Shown piece by piece: positions 30,613 through 40,215 of a stretch of 64,000 nt of DNA (within the stretch, counting starts at the first letter, position 1; each line of letters starts with the position of its first letter). The notes beneath the pieces were generated by a model. The model ran no database searches. It had not been told where the DNA came from and worked only from the letters and a program-made list of their open reading frames with translations. Source of the DNA: Thermoproteota archaeon (lineage in GTDB: Archaea; Korarchaeota; Korarchaeia; Korarchaeales; Korarchaeaceae); the NCBI GenBank assembly GCA_027491395.1, contig JAOZFI010000006.1, forward strand, positions 81,388 to 145,387, written 5' to 3'. The position numbers and the translations under genes were made by a program.

Positions 30613-31838
30613 AACCTCACCTCCTCCGAGAGTTCTATCTTCTCATACTCCGGCTTGAGCTTGTACCAGTAGTAGGGTCTCCTCAGTCGATCGGAGGTTA
30701 TCCTCCCGATCCCATCCTTGGTCATCTTAACTATGTCCTCGTAAGTTACATCCCTGCCTCCTAAACCCGTAACGTAGTTGACTATGGGAGGACTGCCAGA
30801 TATGTTGTAGAGCGAAGATCTTACCTCTATCCCAATGGGACCGCCAGAGCTGAAGGCGATGCTCCTGTCTATGATGATCACTCCCTTCCTGTCCTGCAGA
30901 ACCTCAGCCACGTCTCTGTGAGGGAACGGCCTGAACGCCCTTACCTTCAGGAGTCCGACCCTCATTCCCTCCTCCCTGAGCTCATCCACCGCCACTTCAG
31001 CCTCAGAGGCCATAGTGCCAGCCGTCACTACGATGTAGTCGGCGTCCTCCACCTTGTACTTCCAAGTGGCCCCTCCGTGGTACCTGCCGAACTTCTGGAA
31101 GAACTCTTCAGCGACATCCTCGATGAGATCGAGGGCTCTCCTCATTGAGAGATCCATGGACCACCTCATCTCCTGATACTCGTCAGGAAGCGCCAGATTG
31201 CCGAATGTTATAGGATTCTCAGGATCCAGCTTCCAGTGAGGTGGGCTGTACTCTGGGAGAAACTCATCGACATCCTCCTGCCTCGGGATATTGACAGGCA
31301 TGTAGGTGTGACTGAGCACGAACCCATCCAAACACACCATGAATGGCAGGAGGACATCAGGATGTTCAGCCACCTTGTACATCATGAGTATGGTGTCCAA
31401 CACTTCCTGATTGGACGATATGTAGACTTGGAGCCAGCCGGTATCCCTCTGGGACATGGCGTCTTGGTGATCGACATGAATGTTCCAAGGGGGACCCACC
31501 GCCCTATTGACGACGGCCATTCCTATCGGCAGCCTGGAGCCAGCTGCCCAGTGGAGGACCTCTGACATCAGCAGTAACCCTTGACTGGCGGTGGCCGTGA
31601 AGGCCCTCACCCCAGCCGCCGACGCCCCTATGGCTGCGGCCATGGCACTGTGCTCGCTCTCAACCCTTATGTACTCAGCATCCATGTGCCCAGATTCTAT
31701 GAATGAAGCTATGTACTCAACTATGGTTGTCTGAGGGGTAATGGGGTACGCTGGAACGACCTTAACACGAGCCAGCTTAGCTGCTATGGCTGCGGCCTGA
31801 TTACCAGTTATTATCTCCCAAGTTCCCTCGATCGCCAT
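30609..31838 (-). CDS. porA: Pyruvate/2-ketoisovalerate:ferredoxin oxidoreductase alpha subunit
   Basis: AYPITPQT, VESEHSAM, TATASQGL, DGFVLSH, FRPFP, GLGGRD. Confidence 0.9.
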   Translation of the reverse strand: MAIEGTWEIITGNQAAAIAAKLARVKVVPAYPITPQTTIVEYIASFIESGHMDAEYIRVESEHSAMAAAIGASAAGVRAFTATASQGLLLMSEVLHWAAGSRLPIGMAVVNRAVGPPWNIHVDHQDAMSQRDTGWLQVYISSNQEVLDTILMMYKVAEHPDVLLPFMVCLDGFVLSHTYMPVNIPRQEDVDEFLPEYSPPHWKLDPENPITFGNLALPDEYQEMRWSMDLSMRRALDLIEDVAEEFFQKFGRYHGGATWKYKVEDADYIVVTAGTMASEAEVAVDELREEGMRVGLLKVRAFRPFPHRDVAEVLQDRKGVIIIDRSIAFSSGGPIGIEVRSSLYNISGSPPIVNYVTGLGGRDVTYEDIVKMTKDGIGRITSDRLRRPYYWYKLKPEYEKIELSEEVRL

Positions 31839-31839
31839 A

Positions 31840-32109
31840 TTACTCCTCCTCCTTGATCATTTGTATGGCCTTCGTGGGGCACACGTCAGCGCATACGCCG
31901 CATCCTTTGCAGAAAGTATAGTCTATCTGTGGGAACCCGTTGGGCCCCTCGGTTATCACATCCTCAGGGCAGTAAAGCCAGCACAGCCAGCACTTTATGC
32001 ACTTATCCTCGTCAACTACGGGCTTCTCGACCCTCCAGAGACCAGTTTTACCAGCCGCTCCTTTAGACGGCTTGGACACTGGGATAATGATCGGGACACC
32101 TAGGCCCAT
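31840..32109 (-). CDS. porD: 2-oxoacid:ferredoxin oxidoreductase delta subunit (2x[4Fe-4S])
   Basis: KTGLWRVEKP, CIKCWLCWLYCP, CKGCGVCADVCP. Confidence 0.92.
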   Translation of the reverse strand: MGLGVPIIIPVSKPSKGAAGKTGLWRVEKPVVDEDKCIKCWLCWLYCPEDVITEGPNGFPQIDYTFCKGCGVCADVCPTKAIQMIKEEE

Positions 32110-32210
32110 CTAACAGGCACCAAGGACTCCTACAAGAAAACCCCTATAAACATTGTTAAGCATAGAACGGTCAAGGGGAGCCTCTACTAAAATAAGGAAT
32201 TTGTAGGGGC

Positions 32211-32465
32211 TCAGTAAGCCCCCGCACCGGCTCTAGCAGGCCTCCTCTCGACGGCCTCCTCCTTTACTATGAGCCTCTTGCCCTCGAACTCGAGCTCGAG
32301 GGTCTCCCCAGCAAGAGCACCGGGCTTCACGCTCACCTCAATGGGCTGCTCGTCTCTCATGGGGTAAAAGATCTTCCAGACGTTGGCCTTGAGTCCAGGC
32401 CTCTTCTCCTCAAGGAATTCAAGTATCCGGTCCGTCATGGGAACTCCAACCCTTCTCGTTACCAT
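32211..32465 (-). CDS. Small hypothetical protein
   Basis: GAGGTGA RBS before ATG 32465; host-like codon usage; fills the intergenic gap. Confidence 0.75.
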   Translation of the reverse strand: MVTRRVGVPMTDRILEFLEEKRPGLKANVWKIFYPMRDEQPIEVSVKPGALAGETLELEFEGKRLIVKEEAVERRPARAGAGAY

Positions 32466-32563
32466 ATTGCTCACCTCTCGCACTGCCCGTTATGGGGCCA
32501 GTCTACTCCCTCGTGCTACTGTCCATTTAAAAATATAACTGCGAGAGTTATCCTGTCGGACAG

Positions 32564-33478
32564 GTGGTTTCCCTGAGCGGTCTAGAGGGTAGTATTGTCC
32601 CGTATAGCTTCCTAGGAATTCAGGAGAGCTACGAGGATTCGAGTTATGTTATAGTGGGCGTCCCTTATGATGCGACCTCATCTTGGATGCCCGGTTCCAG
32701 AGCAGGACCCCTAGCCATAATCGAGGCATCTCGCTATATGGACCCTTACGACATGGAGCTGGGATGCATACCAGCTGAAGCTGGTCTGCACACCATTCCA
32801 GAGCTCTCAGTGATGGAATCAACCCCAGAATCCATGGTGAGCACAGTTAGAGGGGCGGTAGGCAGGGTGATCGATGATGAGAAAGTCCCCATTTTACTAG
32901 GAGGAGAACATACCCTGAGCTTAGGAGCCATACAGGGGGTTAAGGATAGGATCGAGGTTTATGTGACACTAGATGCTCACGCAGACTTTTACGACGAGTA
33001 CGAGGGGCGAAGAATATCTCACGCAACAGTCTCTAAGAGGATCAGCGAACTCGTAGGGGATGTAATCATTTACGGGGTAAGGACCTTAGGATGGGAGGAG
33101 AGGGAGGAACTAGACTCCTTAGACAATGTAACCCTAATCCCTCTACTCGCTCGTGATGGTGAAGCTATGGGTGCACTCCTCAGAGGGATAGAAGGGAAAA
33201 ATGTGTATCTGAGCGTGGATGTGGATGTGCTCGACCCATCTGCACTTCCATGCTTGGGAACACCGGAGCCCGGGGGGATGAGCTATAGAGACGTAGTAAT
33301 GGTCCTCAGGGAGGTCTTCAGGAGGGCGAATGTCGTGGCGATGGACTTCGTAGAATTCTCCCCGTGCCCGGGCATGAGGTCCGATGCTTACACCGTGGCT
33401 AGGTTAGTCTACAAGTCCATAGGATATCATGTCCTTTACTCTGGGAAGCAGAACCTCAGATGCAGCGCCGATGAGTAG
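32564..33478 (+). CDS. speB: Agmatinase
   Basis: GVPYD, GGEHT, DAHAD, SHAT, SVDVDVLDP, GTPEPGG. Confidence 0.92.
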   Translation: MVSLSGLEGSIVPYSFLGIQESYEDSSYVIVGVPYDATSSWMPGSRAGPLAIIEASRYMDPYDMELGCIPAEAGLHTIPELSVMESTPESMVSTVRGAVGRVIDDEKVPILLGGEHTLSLGAIQGVKDRIEVYVTLDAHADFYDEYEGRRISHATVSKRISELVGDVIIYGVRTLGWEEREELDSLDNVTLIPLLARDGEAMGALLRGIEGKNVYLSVDVDVLDPSALPCLGTPEPGGMSYRDVVMVLREVFRRANVVAMDFVEFSPCPGMRSDAYTVARLVYKSIGYHVLYSGKQNLRCSADE

Positions 33479-33961
33479 GATCTCTATCCACGCCTTTATT
33501 AGAATCCCATAGATCACCGCGTCGGTGATCCATCCCGATACTTGGGGGGCTATCACCGGGATCCACAGCTTGAAGCTGGCCCATGTGAAGAGGGACTCTG
33601 GGATATACCCCACCAATAGGGCTAGGAGTGGGTGACTCGTTTTCTTGGCTAGTAGTCCAGTGAACAGACCAGTCAGGGCCTTCCCCGGGAATATCAGGGA
33701 TCCAGCTAAAGGTCCCAACCCACCTAGCAGTCCGAATCTGACGAAGGGCACTAGGGAGATTGTTGCCCCCACTAGGGTAGCTTCAGCGGGGCCTAGCATA
33801 TAGGCAGAAAATACGGTAGCGATATGCGATAAGTCCACCGCTATCTGAGGATGTAAATTACCTAAAACCGTCGAAAATAGGGCAAGCACGTTCCCTAAAG
33901 CTCCAAACATCGATACAGCGGCTATTCTCTTACTCGTATCATGGACCGCCAAGGTAGCCAC
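33404..33961 (-). CDS. Membrane protein, ECF transporter S-component-like
   Basis: 5-6 TM helices; KRIAAVSMFGAL, DLSHI, LGP patterns. Confidence 0.6.
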   Translation of the reverse strand: MATLAVHDTSKRIAAVSMFGALGNVLALFSTVLGNLHPQIAVDLSHIATVFSAYMLGPAEATLVGATISLVPFVRFGLLGGLGPLAGSLIFPGKALTGLFTGLLAKKTSHPLLALLVGYIPESLFTWASFKLWIPVIAPQVSGWITDAVIYGILIKAWIEILLIGAASEVLLPRVKDMISYGLVD

Positions 33962-34006
33962 CGGTGCGGCTATATTTTCAAAAATAAAAATATTTCTAAA
34001 ATGAAA

Positions 34007-35113
34007 TCACCCCGCTACCTCTAACTCCGGGGCCCGGACTATCGCTCTAACGAGTTCTCGGAGTCCTTCCCCACTCTTAGCCGATACTGGGATTATGGGG
34101 ACTCCATCACCTAGCATTTCCCTAATGACTTCCTCTCTCTCATCGTACTCGTAGTCCTCTAGCCTGTCCACCTTGTTAGCAGCTACCACAAAAGTCTCCC
34201 TTCCTTTACCTAGTTCAGATAGAATCTTCAGACTCTCAGCGAGCTTGACCCTCATGAGGTCCAGCTTGTCGGATACGTCCACCACCAGCACCTGCTTATG
34301 GGAATGAGTTATGTCCAAGAGGTTCAACTGGAAGGAAGCTATCAGTCGCGGGTCCAGATCTAGAACGAACCCTATGGTATCCACTAAATATGTATTCTCT
34401 CCCTCTATTCCCCCGTACTTGGACGACAGGGTGGTGAAGGGCATGTCGCTGACGGGCTTCTCGAATCCCGTCAAAGCATTGAATAAGCTCGTCTTCCCCG
34501 CGTTGTAGTAGCCGGTCAATACGGCGATCCTCGCCCCTCCCTCGATCCTCTTCATTATTTCGAGCTCCTTCTGCCTGCTGAGCTTGTCTATCTTCCTCCT
34601 CAAGATCTTCATCCTCTTCTGTATGGCCCTGATCTGCTTGTGGTAGGCGTACTCACCTCCTCCCCTGAAACCTGCCCTCATCTTCTTGTACTTTATCGAT
34701 GCCGACAGCTTTACGTAGGGGAATGCCTTCTCTAGGGTGGCTAGCTCTATCTGGAGCTTCGATAGTATGTCACTGGCGGCCTCTCTGAATATCATCAGGG
34801 TGACATCGTACCTGTCTATGACCTCAACGCCCAGTTTCCTCTCCAAATTCCACTTCTGCTTGCTGGTTAGGGTGTTGTAGATCACAAATACGTCAGGATC
34901 TATCCTCTTGATCCTTTCACGTATCTCCTCGACCTTTCCCTTCCCGAATACATAGTCCACGGTCTCCTTGGGTCTCACCTGAATTATTCTCTCCACTATA
35001 CTGTAACCGAGAGCCCTAAGTAGGGACTCCAGCTCACCTATCCTTATCTTGTACATGTGATGGTCGTGGACGTTAGTCTTGACCATTCCCGTTACGGCCC
35101 TGTATCCGGCCAC
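34007..35113 (-). CDS. hflX: GTPase HflX
   Basis: FGKGKVEEI, VIDR..LMIF, GYYNAGKTS, FTTL, DTIGF, NKVD, VSAK. Confidence 0.92.
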   Translation of the reverse strand: MAGYRAVTGMVKTNVHDHHMYKIRIGELESLLRALGYSIVERIIQVRPKETVDYVFGKGKVEEIRERIKRIDPDVFVIYNTLTSKQKWNLERKLGVEVIDRYDVTLMIFREAASDILSKLQIELATLEKAFPYVKLSASIKYKKMRAGFRGGGEYAYHKQIRAIQKRMKILRRKIDKLSRQKELEIMKRIEGGARIAVLTGYYNAGKTSLFNALTGFEKPVSDMPFTTLSSKYGGIEGENTYLVDTIGFVLDLDPRLIASFQLNLLDITHSHKQVLVVDVSDKLDLMRVKLAESLKILSELGKGRETFVVAANKVDRLEDYEYDEREEVIREMLGDGVPIIPVSAKSGEGLRELVRAIVRAPELEVAG

Positions 35114-35176
35114 CTACTCTTTCCTCCCCTCTCTGTGCATCTTGGTATCGAGTAAATAAACTGTTCGCTCTCGAGG

Positions 35177-36502
35177 CTACAGGTATGGGTTACGAGGTCT
35201 CTCTGTAAGCTCCTTCGGACCCTTAACAGTGGCATCTATTATCATCTTGCCTTGAGGGAGCTTGATGAGTCTCTTTTCGCCATTCAATTCTATCTCCCTC
35301 AGGTTGCTGTGATCTAGGGAGGACCCCTTAATCCCGGAGATCACCTTGAAATCGTCTGGTATGTGCGCCCTCTGCAGCACGGCCCTCATGACCTCAACGT
35401 AGTCCGATACATCCACATCATCATCGACCACGATGACCCTCTTCAGGCTTTTATGAGCCGCAATGGCCATCAACCCCGCTAAGGCAGGCTGATCAGGAGA
35501 GCTCTTCCTTATGGAAATCGCAGCCTCGATCCATCCGGCTCCACCGGGGGTAATGGCCACATCCACCACATCCGCCACCTCGGAGACCCTGTCCTCGATG
35601 AGCGGTTCCACAGGAAGGCCCATCAGGAGCTGATGCTCACTCCCAGCTGGAAGTATCGCTTGGTAGAATCCATCAGGCCTCGTATAGATTTCCTCCACTT
35701 CAAAGACCGGCTGCTGTCTAACGATGTCCTTTCCCAATATCTCGTAGAAGGGACCCTCGGGAGCCCTCTTCTTGGCCAGAATCTTTCCACAGATGACTAT
35801 CTCTGATCTGGAGGGGGCCCGCGCTTCAACCTCTTCGCATTGGGAAATGCTTACGGGCTCTCCAGCTATCCCCCCAGCCAATGCTATTTTGTCTATGCTC
35901 TCCGCTGGCACCGCCGAGGCCAGCATTACCTCAAGAGGGCTTCCAATGGAGATCGCCGCCGGTAAGTCCTCACCCTTCTCCGAAAATCTCTCTATGGTTC
36001 TGCTGAGCTTTCTGCCCTCAACAGCCCTCAAAACGAGCTTTTTATCTCCGATAGGCATCATCCTGTGGTAAGATGATGAGAAGAGACCATCTTCATCCTT
36101 GAATACGACAATAGAGGCCGTCATGTAAGGACCGGGTTCACCTGTGTAGTGCTTCAGTATGGGAAGCTCTGATAGGGTTATACCTGCCCTAACCCATTCA
36201 GGATCCCCTTCCACTGGTGGGATGGGATTCTTGAGGGCCCTCCTTATCCTGCCTCTCATCTCCCTCATATCAGAGATTTTGAAGGAAGTAAGGAGGGTCT
36301 CCCTTGACGTCGCCACACCACCCACTACCCGGAAAGCGCTCCTTCTCCCATCAACTAACAGAGGATTTTTGAAGAGGACCGCCTTCCTGCCATCCCATTT
36401 CTTCAGGTGAGCTGCCATCTCATACTCTACGGAGGTTTCCTTGTCGATTATGTGCAGAAGATCTCTTTCCTCCAGTCTTTTCAAGGCAAGCCTGAGATCC
36501 AT
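35177..36502 (-). CDS. UbiD-family prFMN decarboxylase (candidate anhydromevalonate phosphate decarboxylase)
   Basis: LPILKH, SYHR, EIVICG, EGPF, VIVVDDDVD, GSSLD, KMIIDAT. Confidence 0.85.
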   Translation of the reverse strand: MDLRLALKRLEERDLLHIIDKETSVEYEMAAHLKKWDGRKAVLFKNPLLVDGRRSAFRVVGGVATSRETLLTSFKISDMREMRGRIRRALKNPIPPVEGDPEWVRAGITLSELPILKHYTGEPGPYMTASIVVFKDEDGLFSSSYHRMMPIGDKKLVLRAVEGRKLSRTIERFSEKGEDLPAAISIGSPLEVMLASAVPAESIDKIALAGGIAGEPVSISQCEEVEARAPSRSEIVICGKILAKKRAPEGPFYEILGKDIVRQQPVFEVEEIYTRPDGFYQAILPAGSEHQLLMGLPVEPLIEDRVSEVADVVDVAITPGGAGWIEAAISIRKSSPDQPALAGLMAIAAHKSLKRVIVVDDDVDVSDYVEVMRAVLQRAHIPDDFKVISGIKGSSLDHSNLREIELNGEKRLIKLPQGKMIIDATVKGPKELTERPRNPYL

Positions 36503-36573
36503 AAGCCTCCCCCTACCCGACCCTAACATCTTTTTATTCCCTACTCCGGATTCCCACCGAGGTGTCCTTCCCC

Positions 36574-37872
36574 ATGTGGAAATTCGGTGAAAAGACTCAC
36601 TTCATAAGAGAGCTCCGAGATCTTCCTGAGGGAGAACGCGTTAGGATAGCGGGCTGGGTGTACAGAAAGAGCGAGCTGGGAGGCGTGGTGTTCATACGAC
36701 TTCGAGACTCCACAGGTGTTGTCCAAGTGGTGGTGAAAGAGGGAGAAGTTGGGCAAGACGATCTAGAGCGCGCCAGGAGCGCGGGCATCGAGGCATCCTT
36801 GGTTGTGGAGGGCAAGGTGAAGAGGGATCCGAGGTCCCCCACGGGGGTCGAACTTCTAGCCTCCAGCATCAAGATAGTCGGCTCCTCTCACGACTTCCCG
36901 ATAAAACCTGACTCTGGTGAGGAGTTCCTGCTAGATAACAGGCATCTCCATCTCAGGACTACTAAAATGAGGAACGCCCTTTTGATCAGAAGGGAGGTCA
37001 TGAGAGCCGTTGAGGAGTGGTTCATAACCAACGGCTTCGTCAGGGTTGAGGGCCCGACCTTCGTGGGAGCTGCGGTTGAAGGAGGGGCCACACTGTTCGA
37101 GGTACCTTACTTCAACAGGAAGGCATATTTAACCCAAAGCTCTCAATTCTACCTAGAGGCCGCCATATTCGCGTTCGAGAACGTGTATACAGTACAGCCT
37201 AGCTTCAGAGCAGAGAAGTCCAGAACTAGGAGGCATCTGACCGAGTTCTGGCACGCCGAGGCGGAGATGGCTTGGGCCGATCTCAAGGGCATGATGGATG
37301 TGGTCGAATCACTGCTCAAATATGTCTCCCAGAAGGTGGTGGAGAGAGCTGGTCATGTGTTAGAAGCCCTAGGCAGGAGATTCGAACCTTTGGAAGGAAA
37401 CTTCCCGAGAATCACGTACGATGAGGCATTGGACATAGCCAAAAGAAAGGGCGCATCCATAGAATGGGGGGAGGATTTCGGGACCGAGGTGGAGAGGGCC
37501 ATCTCGCTCGAATTCGATCTACCTGTATTCGTGACCCACTATCCGAAGCAGGCCAAGGCCTTCTACCACAAACCAGATCCTGAGAGGCCTGAAGTGGTCC
37601 TCTGCGCTGACCTATTGGCACCAGAGGGAATAGGTGAAATAGTGGGAGGAGGTCAGAGGATAGAATCCGAGGAAGAGCTCCTCAAGAGGATTAGAGAGGA
37701 GGGGTTGAATCCTTCAGACTACAAATGGTACATAGACCTCAGGAAGTACGGCAGCGTACCTCACTCTGGCTTCGGCCTAGGAATAGAGAGGACGATAAGG
37801 TGGATAGCCGGCCTACCACACATAAGGGATGCGATACCCTTCCCGAGGACTCCGACAAGGCTCTATCCCTGA
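36574..37872 (+). CDS. asnS: Asparaginyl-tRNA synthetase
   Basis: VEGGATLF, YLTQSSQFYLE, FRAEKSRTRRHLTEFW, YGSVPHSGFGLGIER. Confidence 0.93.
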   Translation: MWKFGEKTHFIRELRDLPEGERVRIAGWVYRKSELGGVVFIRLRDSTGVVQVVVKEGEVGQDDLERARSAGIEASLVVEGKVKRDPRSPTGVELLASSIKIVGSSHDFPIKPDSGEEFLLDNRHLHLRTTKMRNALLIRREVMRAVEEWFITNGFVRVEGPTFVGAAVEGGATLFEVPYFNRKAYLTQSSQFYLEAAIFAFENVYTVQPSFRAEKSRTRRHLTEFWHAEAEMAWADLKGMMDVVESLLKYVSQKVVERAGHVLEALGRRFEPLEGNFPRITYDEALDIAKRKGASIEWGEDFGTEVERAISLEFDLPVFVTHYPKQAKAFYHKPDPERPEVVLCADLLAPEGIGEIVGGGQRIESEEELLKRIREEGLNPSDYKWYIDLRKYGSVPHSGFGLGIERTIRWIAGLPHIRDAIPFPRTPTRLYP

Positions 37873-38531
37873 TCCTCCACATCCTCCAACTTCGCCTCTT
37901 TCACCCGCTTGAAAGGCGTGTTCAGGACCTCTTGGAGTTTCCTAGCCTTGGCCTCGCCCACCACCCTCCTCAACCTATGGAAATCAGCACTAAAAACGTC
38001 TCTTAGCGTTCCAAACTCGTTTAACAACTTCTCGGCTGATTTAGGACCTATAGAGGGAAAGCTCACGAGGATCGCGTAGGCCTCCTCCCAAGACTTCGGC
38101 TTCCTCCTCTTTTTGACGGGTATTATAGAGGGTCTGTCCCCCTCAACCTTCTTGGATAGGTAGGCCAGAAACTTAGCCGTATCCTCGGGGGATGTGACGT
38201 GGATGACTGAGACGCCTCTCAGGGCTAAGGAGGAGAGAGCCCCCAAGTAATGAGGGACAGCATTTCGTCTGATATGGAAATAGGGCTCCTCTATGACTAT
38301 TACGATGATCTCACAGTTAGTTCTCATTTGCTCAACCTGATCGAATAGTCTACCGTCGTAGATGGACTTGATGAAATCGTTCAGTGATTTTCTTTCGACG
38401 CAGACGTTGGTGCCAATCAGATAATCCGATACCTCTATTCTCCTCCTCTCAACGACCACCCCTTGCTTTCTAAGCAGTTTCTCTATTAGTTCTGGCTCTC
38501 TATCATCCATGATTATCCTCAATGTCCTCAC
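37863..38531 (-). CDS. xpf: XPF/ERCC4 structure-specific endonuclease (short form, nuclease plus HhH)
   Basis: DDRE, SDY, VERKSLNDF..SIYDGRLFDQ, PSIGPK. Confidence 0.9.
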   Translation of the reverse strand: MRTLRIIMDDREPELIEKLLRKQGVVVERRRIEVSDYLIGTNVCVERKSLNDFIKSIYDGRLFDQVEQMRTNCEIIVIVIEEPYFHIRRNAVPHYLGALSSLALRGVSVIHVTSPEDTAKFLAYLSKKVEGDRPSIIPVKKRRKPKSWEEAYAILVSFPSIGPKSAEKLLNEFGTLRDVFSADFHRLRRVVGEAKARKLQEVLNTPFKRVKEAKLEDVEDQG

Positions 38532-40215
38532 CGCTGAGCCATACGCCCCTTATCTCCTTAATTAGTTCCCTACTCTCCTCAGCTGAGTCAGAGCCCTCCA
38601 GCTCATCTAATACCATCCTAACGGCACCGCTCTCCAAGTAGGTGGCCCTTCCCCTGACTATCACTTCCCGACCTATCATCTCTCTCGCTATTTTATCAGT
38701 TGGTACGGAGTGAGAGGGCTCCCCCAACTCATCAGCTGCCTTTATCACATCCTCAGTGCTCATTCCCAGTATCCTCTCGGCCCTGTCCCTGAAGGCCACG
38801 ACCCTTGCTATTCCCGTCCCATCATCTATTGTGAATGTGAGGTAGAGCAGCGGGGTGGCTCTCTCCAACTCACCGCAATTGGGACAGTGAAATCTACCAT
38901 ACTCAAACTCTACACGCGCACCGCAGTTAGGACAGTGCCAAGTCACTCTAGCAGTGTCGGAGAACGAGATGATTGTCCCCCTGAACTCCCTTAGGCCATC
39001 AGATGATTCGCCTATCCACATCCTCCTATACTTTATCCTCTTAGCTGCCTTTTCCAGTTTGGGAGGAATTGGCTGCGCAATCTTCTCGAGAATTTCAACC
39101 GTTCCGGATCTACTGAGGACGACTATTCCATCATTGTCAGTGTATACTGGCCCAAACCTGAGCCTAAAGGGAGGGGCCTCCTCGGCCAGCAGGTCAGCCC
39201 AATCTCCCCATACTCTGAGGATCTCTAAAGAACCATCGACCTCGACCAGTAAGTCGAGGAATTTCCTACCCTTGGTTCCTATCTCCTCCAAGGGGAATGA
39301 GAAGAGAACCGTGCCCTCCAGCATTCCGCTGCTACCCTCTTCTGACACTTCCAATTTAGTGAGCGGCGTGGAGTGAAGCTCTAGTGAGTCGTCCCTCATG
39401 ACTACTCTAGCACCTGTGAGAATAACGGTAGATCCCTCCACGATCCCATCCGTCAGGGAGGCCTTATCTCCCCAGAGAACAACCCTAACCATATCTCCTT
39501 CCTCATCCCTTAGTAAGAAGGAACTCCTCCTCCCGATACTACCATCGCTTCTGGTGAATTCTGAGACAGGATAGACCCTAACAACCGTCCCCTTGAAATC
39601 AACAACATCACCATCTTTATCGTAGAGCTCCCTCACCTTCAGGATTTTCCTCTCCTCTACTGGAAGATCCTCATAACCGCCGGGTAGGACCTCTATATCT
39701 GACCCGGAATCGAGATGCAGGGCCACCCTACCGAACCTCTCCGAGACCCGCGCGTTAGTCACCTTGATAACATCGCCCTCCCCTATCTCCCCTTTACGTA
39801 TCCTGTCGACCAAGCTCTTTGACCAAACGATGACATCTATATGCCCGGTCTCATCTGCCAGTTTGAACTCCGCCCTCTCAGATGGCTCTCCTCTTCTGTT
39901 GATGTAGCTGAGTATACCGTACATTCTCACTATCTTTCCTTGGACGGTGGCTTTCCTCATACCGGGAACTAGCTTGCTGATCTTGATTGTTGGGTAGTGG
40001 ACCTGCTCGTCTTTGGTTACTTGACCCACATCGAGCTCAACGGCTATGAGGGAGAGGGCACCATCGGGCTTAACGAGACCCTTCATCTCCTCCACGTACT
40101 TCCTTACCCTCTCCAGCACCTCTTCCACTGTAAGGCCTGCCTTGGAAGCCACTAACCTCACTTTCTCCATGAACTCCTCGTCAAAGCCCTCATCGCGTCC
40201 AGCATCCAACCTCAA
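38503..40215 (-). CDS. rpa: Replication protein A-like ssDNA-binding protein (multiple OB folds plus Zn finger)
   Basis: LADETG..VIVW, LRDEEG..VVLWG, CPNC..CPNC, IDDGTG. Confidence 0.85.
   Translation of the reverse strand: MRLDAGRDEGFDEEFMEKVRLVASKAGLTVEEVLERVRKYVEEMKGLVKPDGALSLIAVELDVGQVTKDEQVHYPTIKISKLVPGMRKATVQGKIVRMYGILSYINRRGEPSERAEFKLADETGHIDVIVWSKSLVDRIRKGEIGEGDVIKVTNARVSERFGRVALHLDSGSDIEVLPGGYEDLPVEERKILKVRELYDKDGDVVDFKGTVVRVYPVSEFTRSDGSIGRRSSFLLRDEEGDMVRVVLWGDKASLTDGIVEGSTVILTGARVVMRDDSLELHSTPLTKLEVSEEGSSGMLEGTVLFSFPLEEIGTKGRKFLDLLVEVDGSLEILRVWGDWADLLAEEAPPFRLRFGPVYTDNDGIVVLSRSGTVEILEKIAQPIPPKLEKAAKRIKYRRMWIGESSDGLREFRGTIISFSDTARVTWHCPNCGARVEFEYGRFHCPNCGELERATPLLYLTFTIDDGTGIARVVAFRDRAERILGMSTEDVIKAADELGEPSHSVPTDKIAREMIGREVIVRGRATYLESGAVRMVLDELEGSDSAEESRELIKEIRGVWLSGEDIEDNHG

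Noticed and set aside
33970-34006. AT-rich imperfect palindrome upstream of the ECF-S-like gene
   Set aside because: Cannot be distinguished from an overlapping terminator plus TATA sequence
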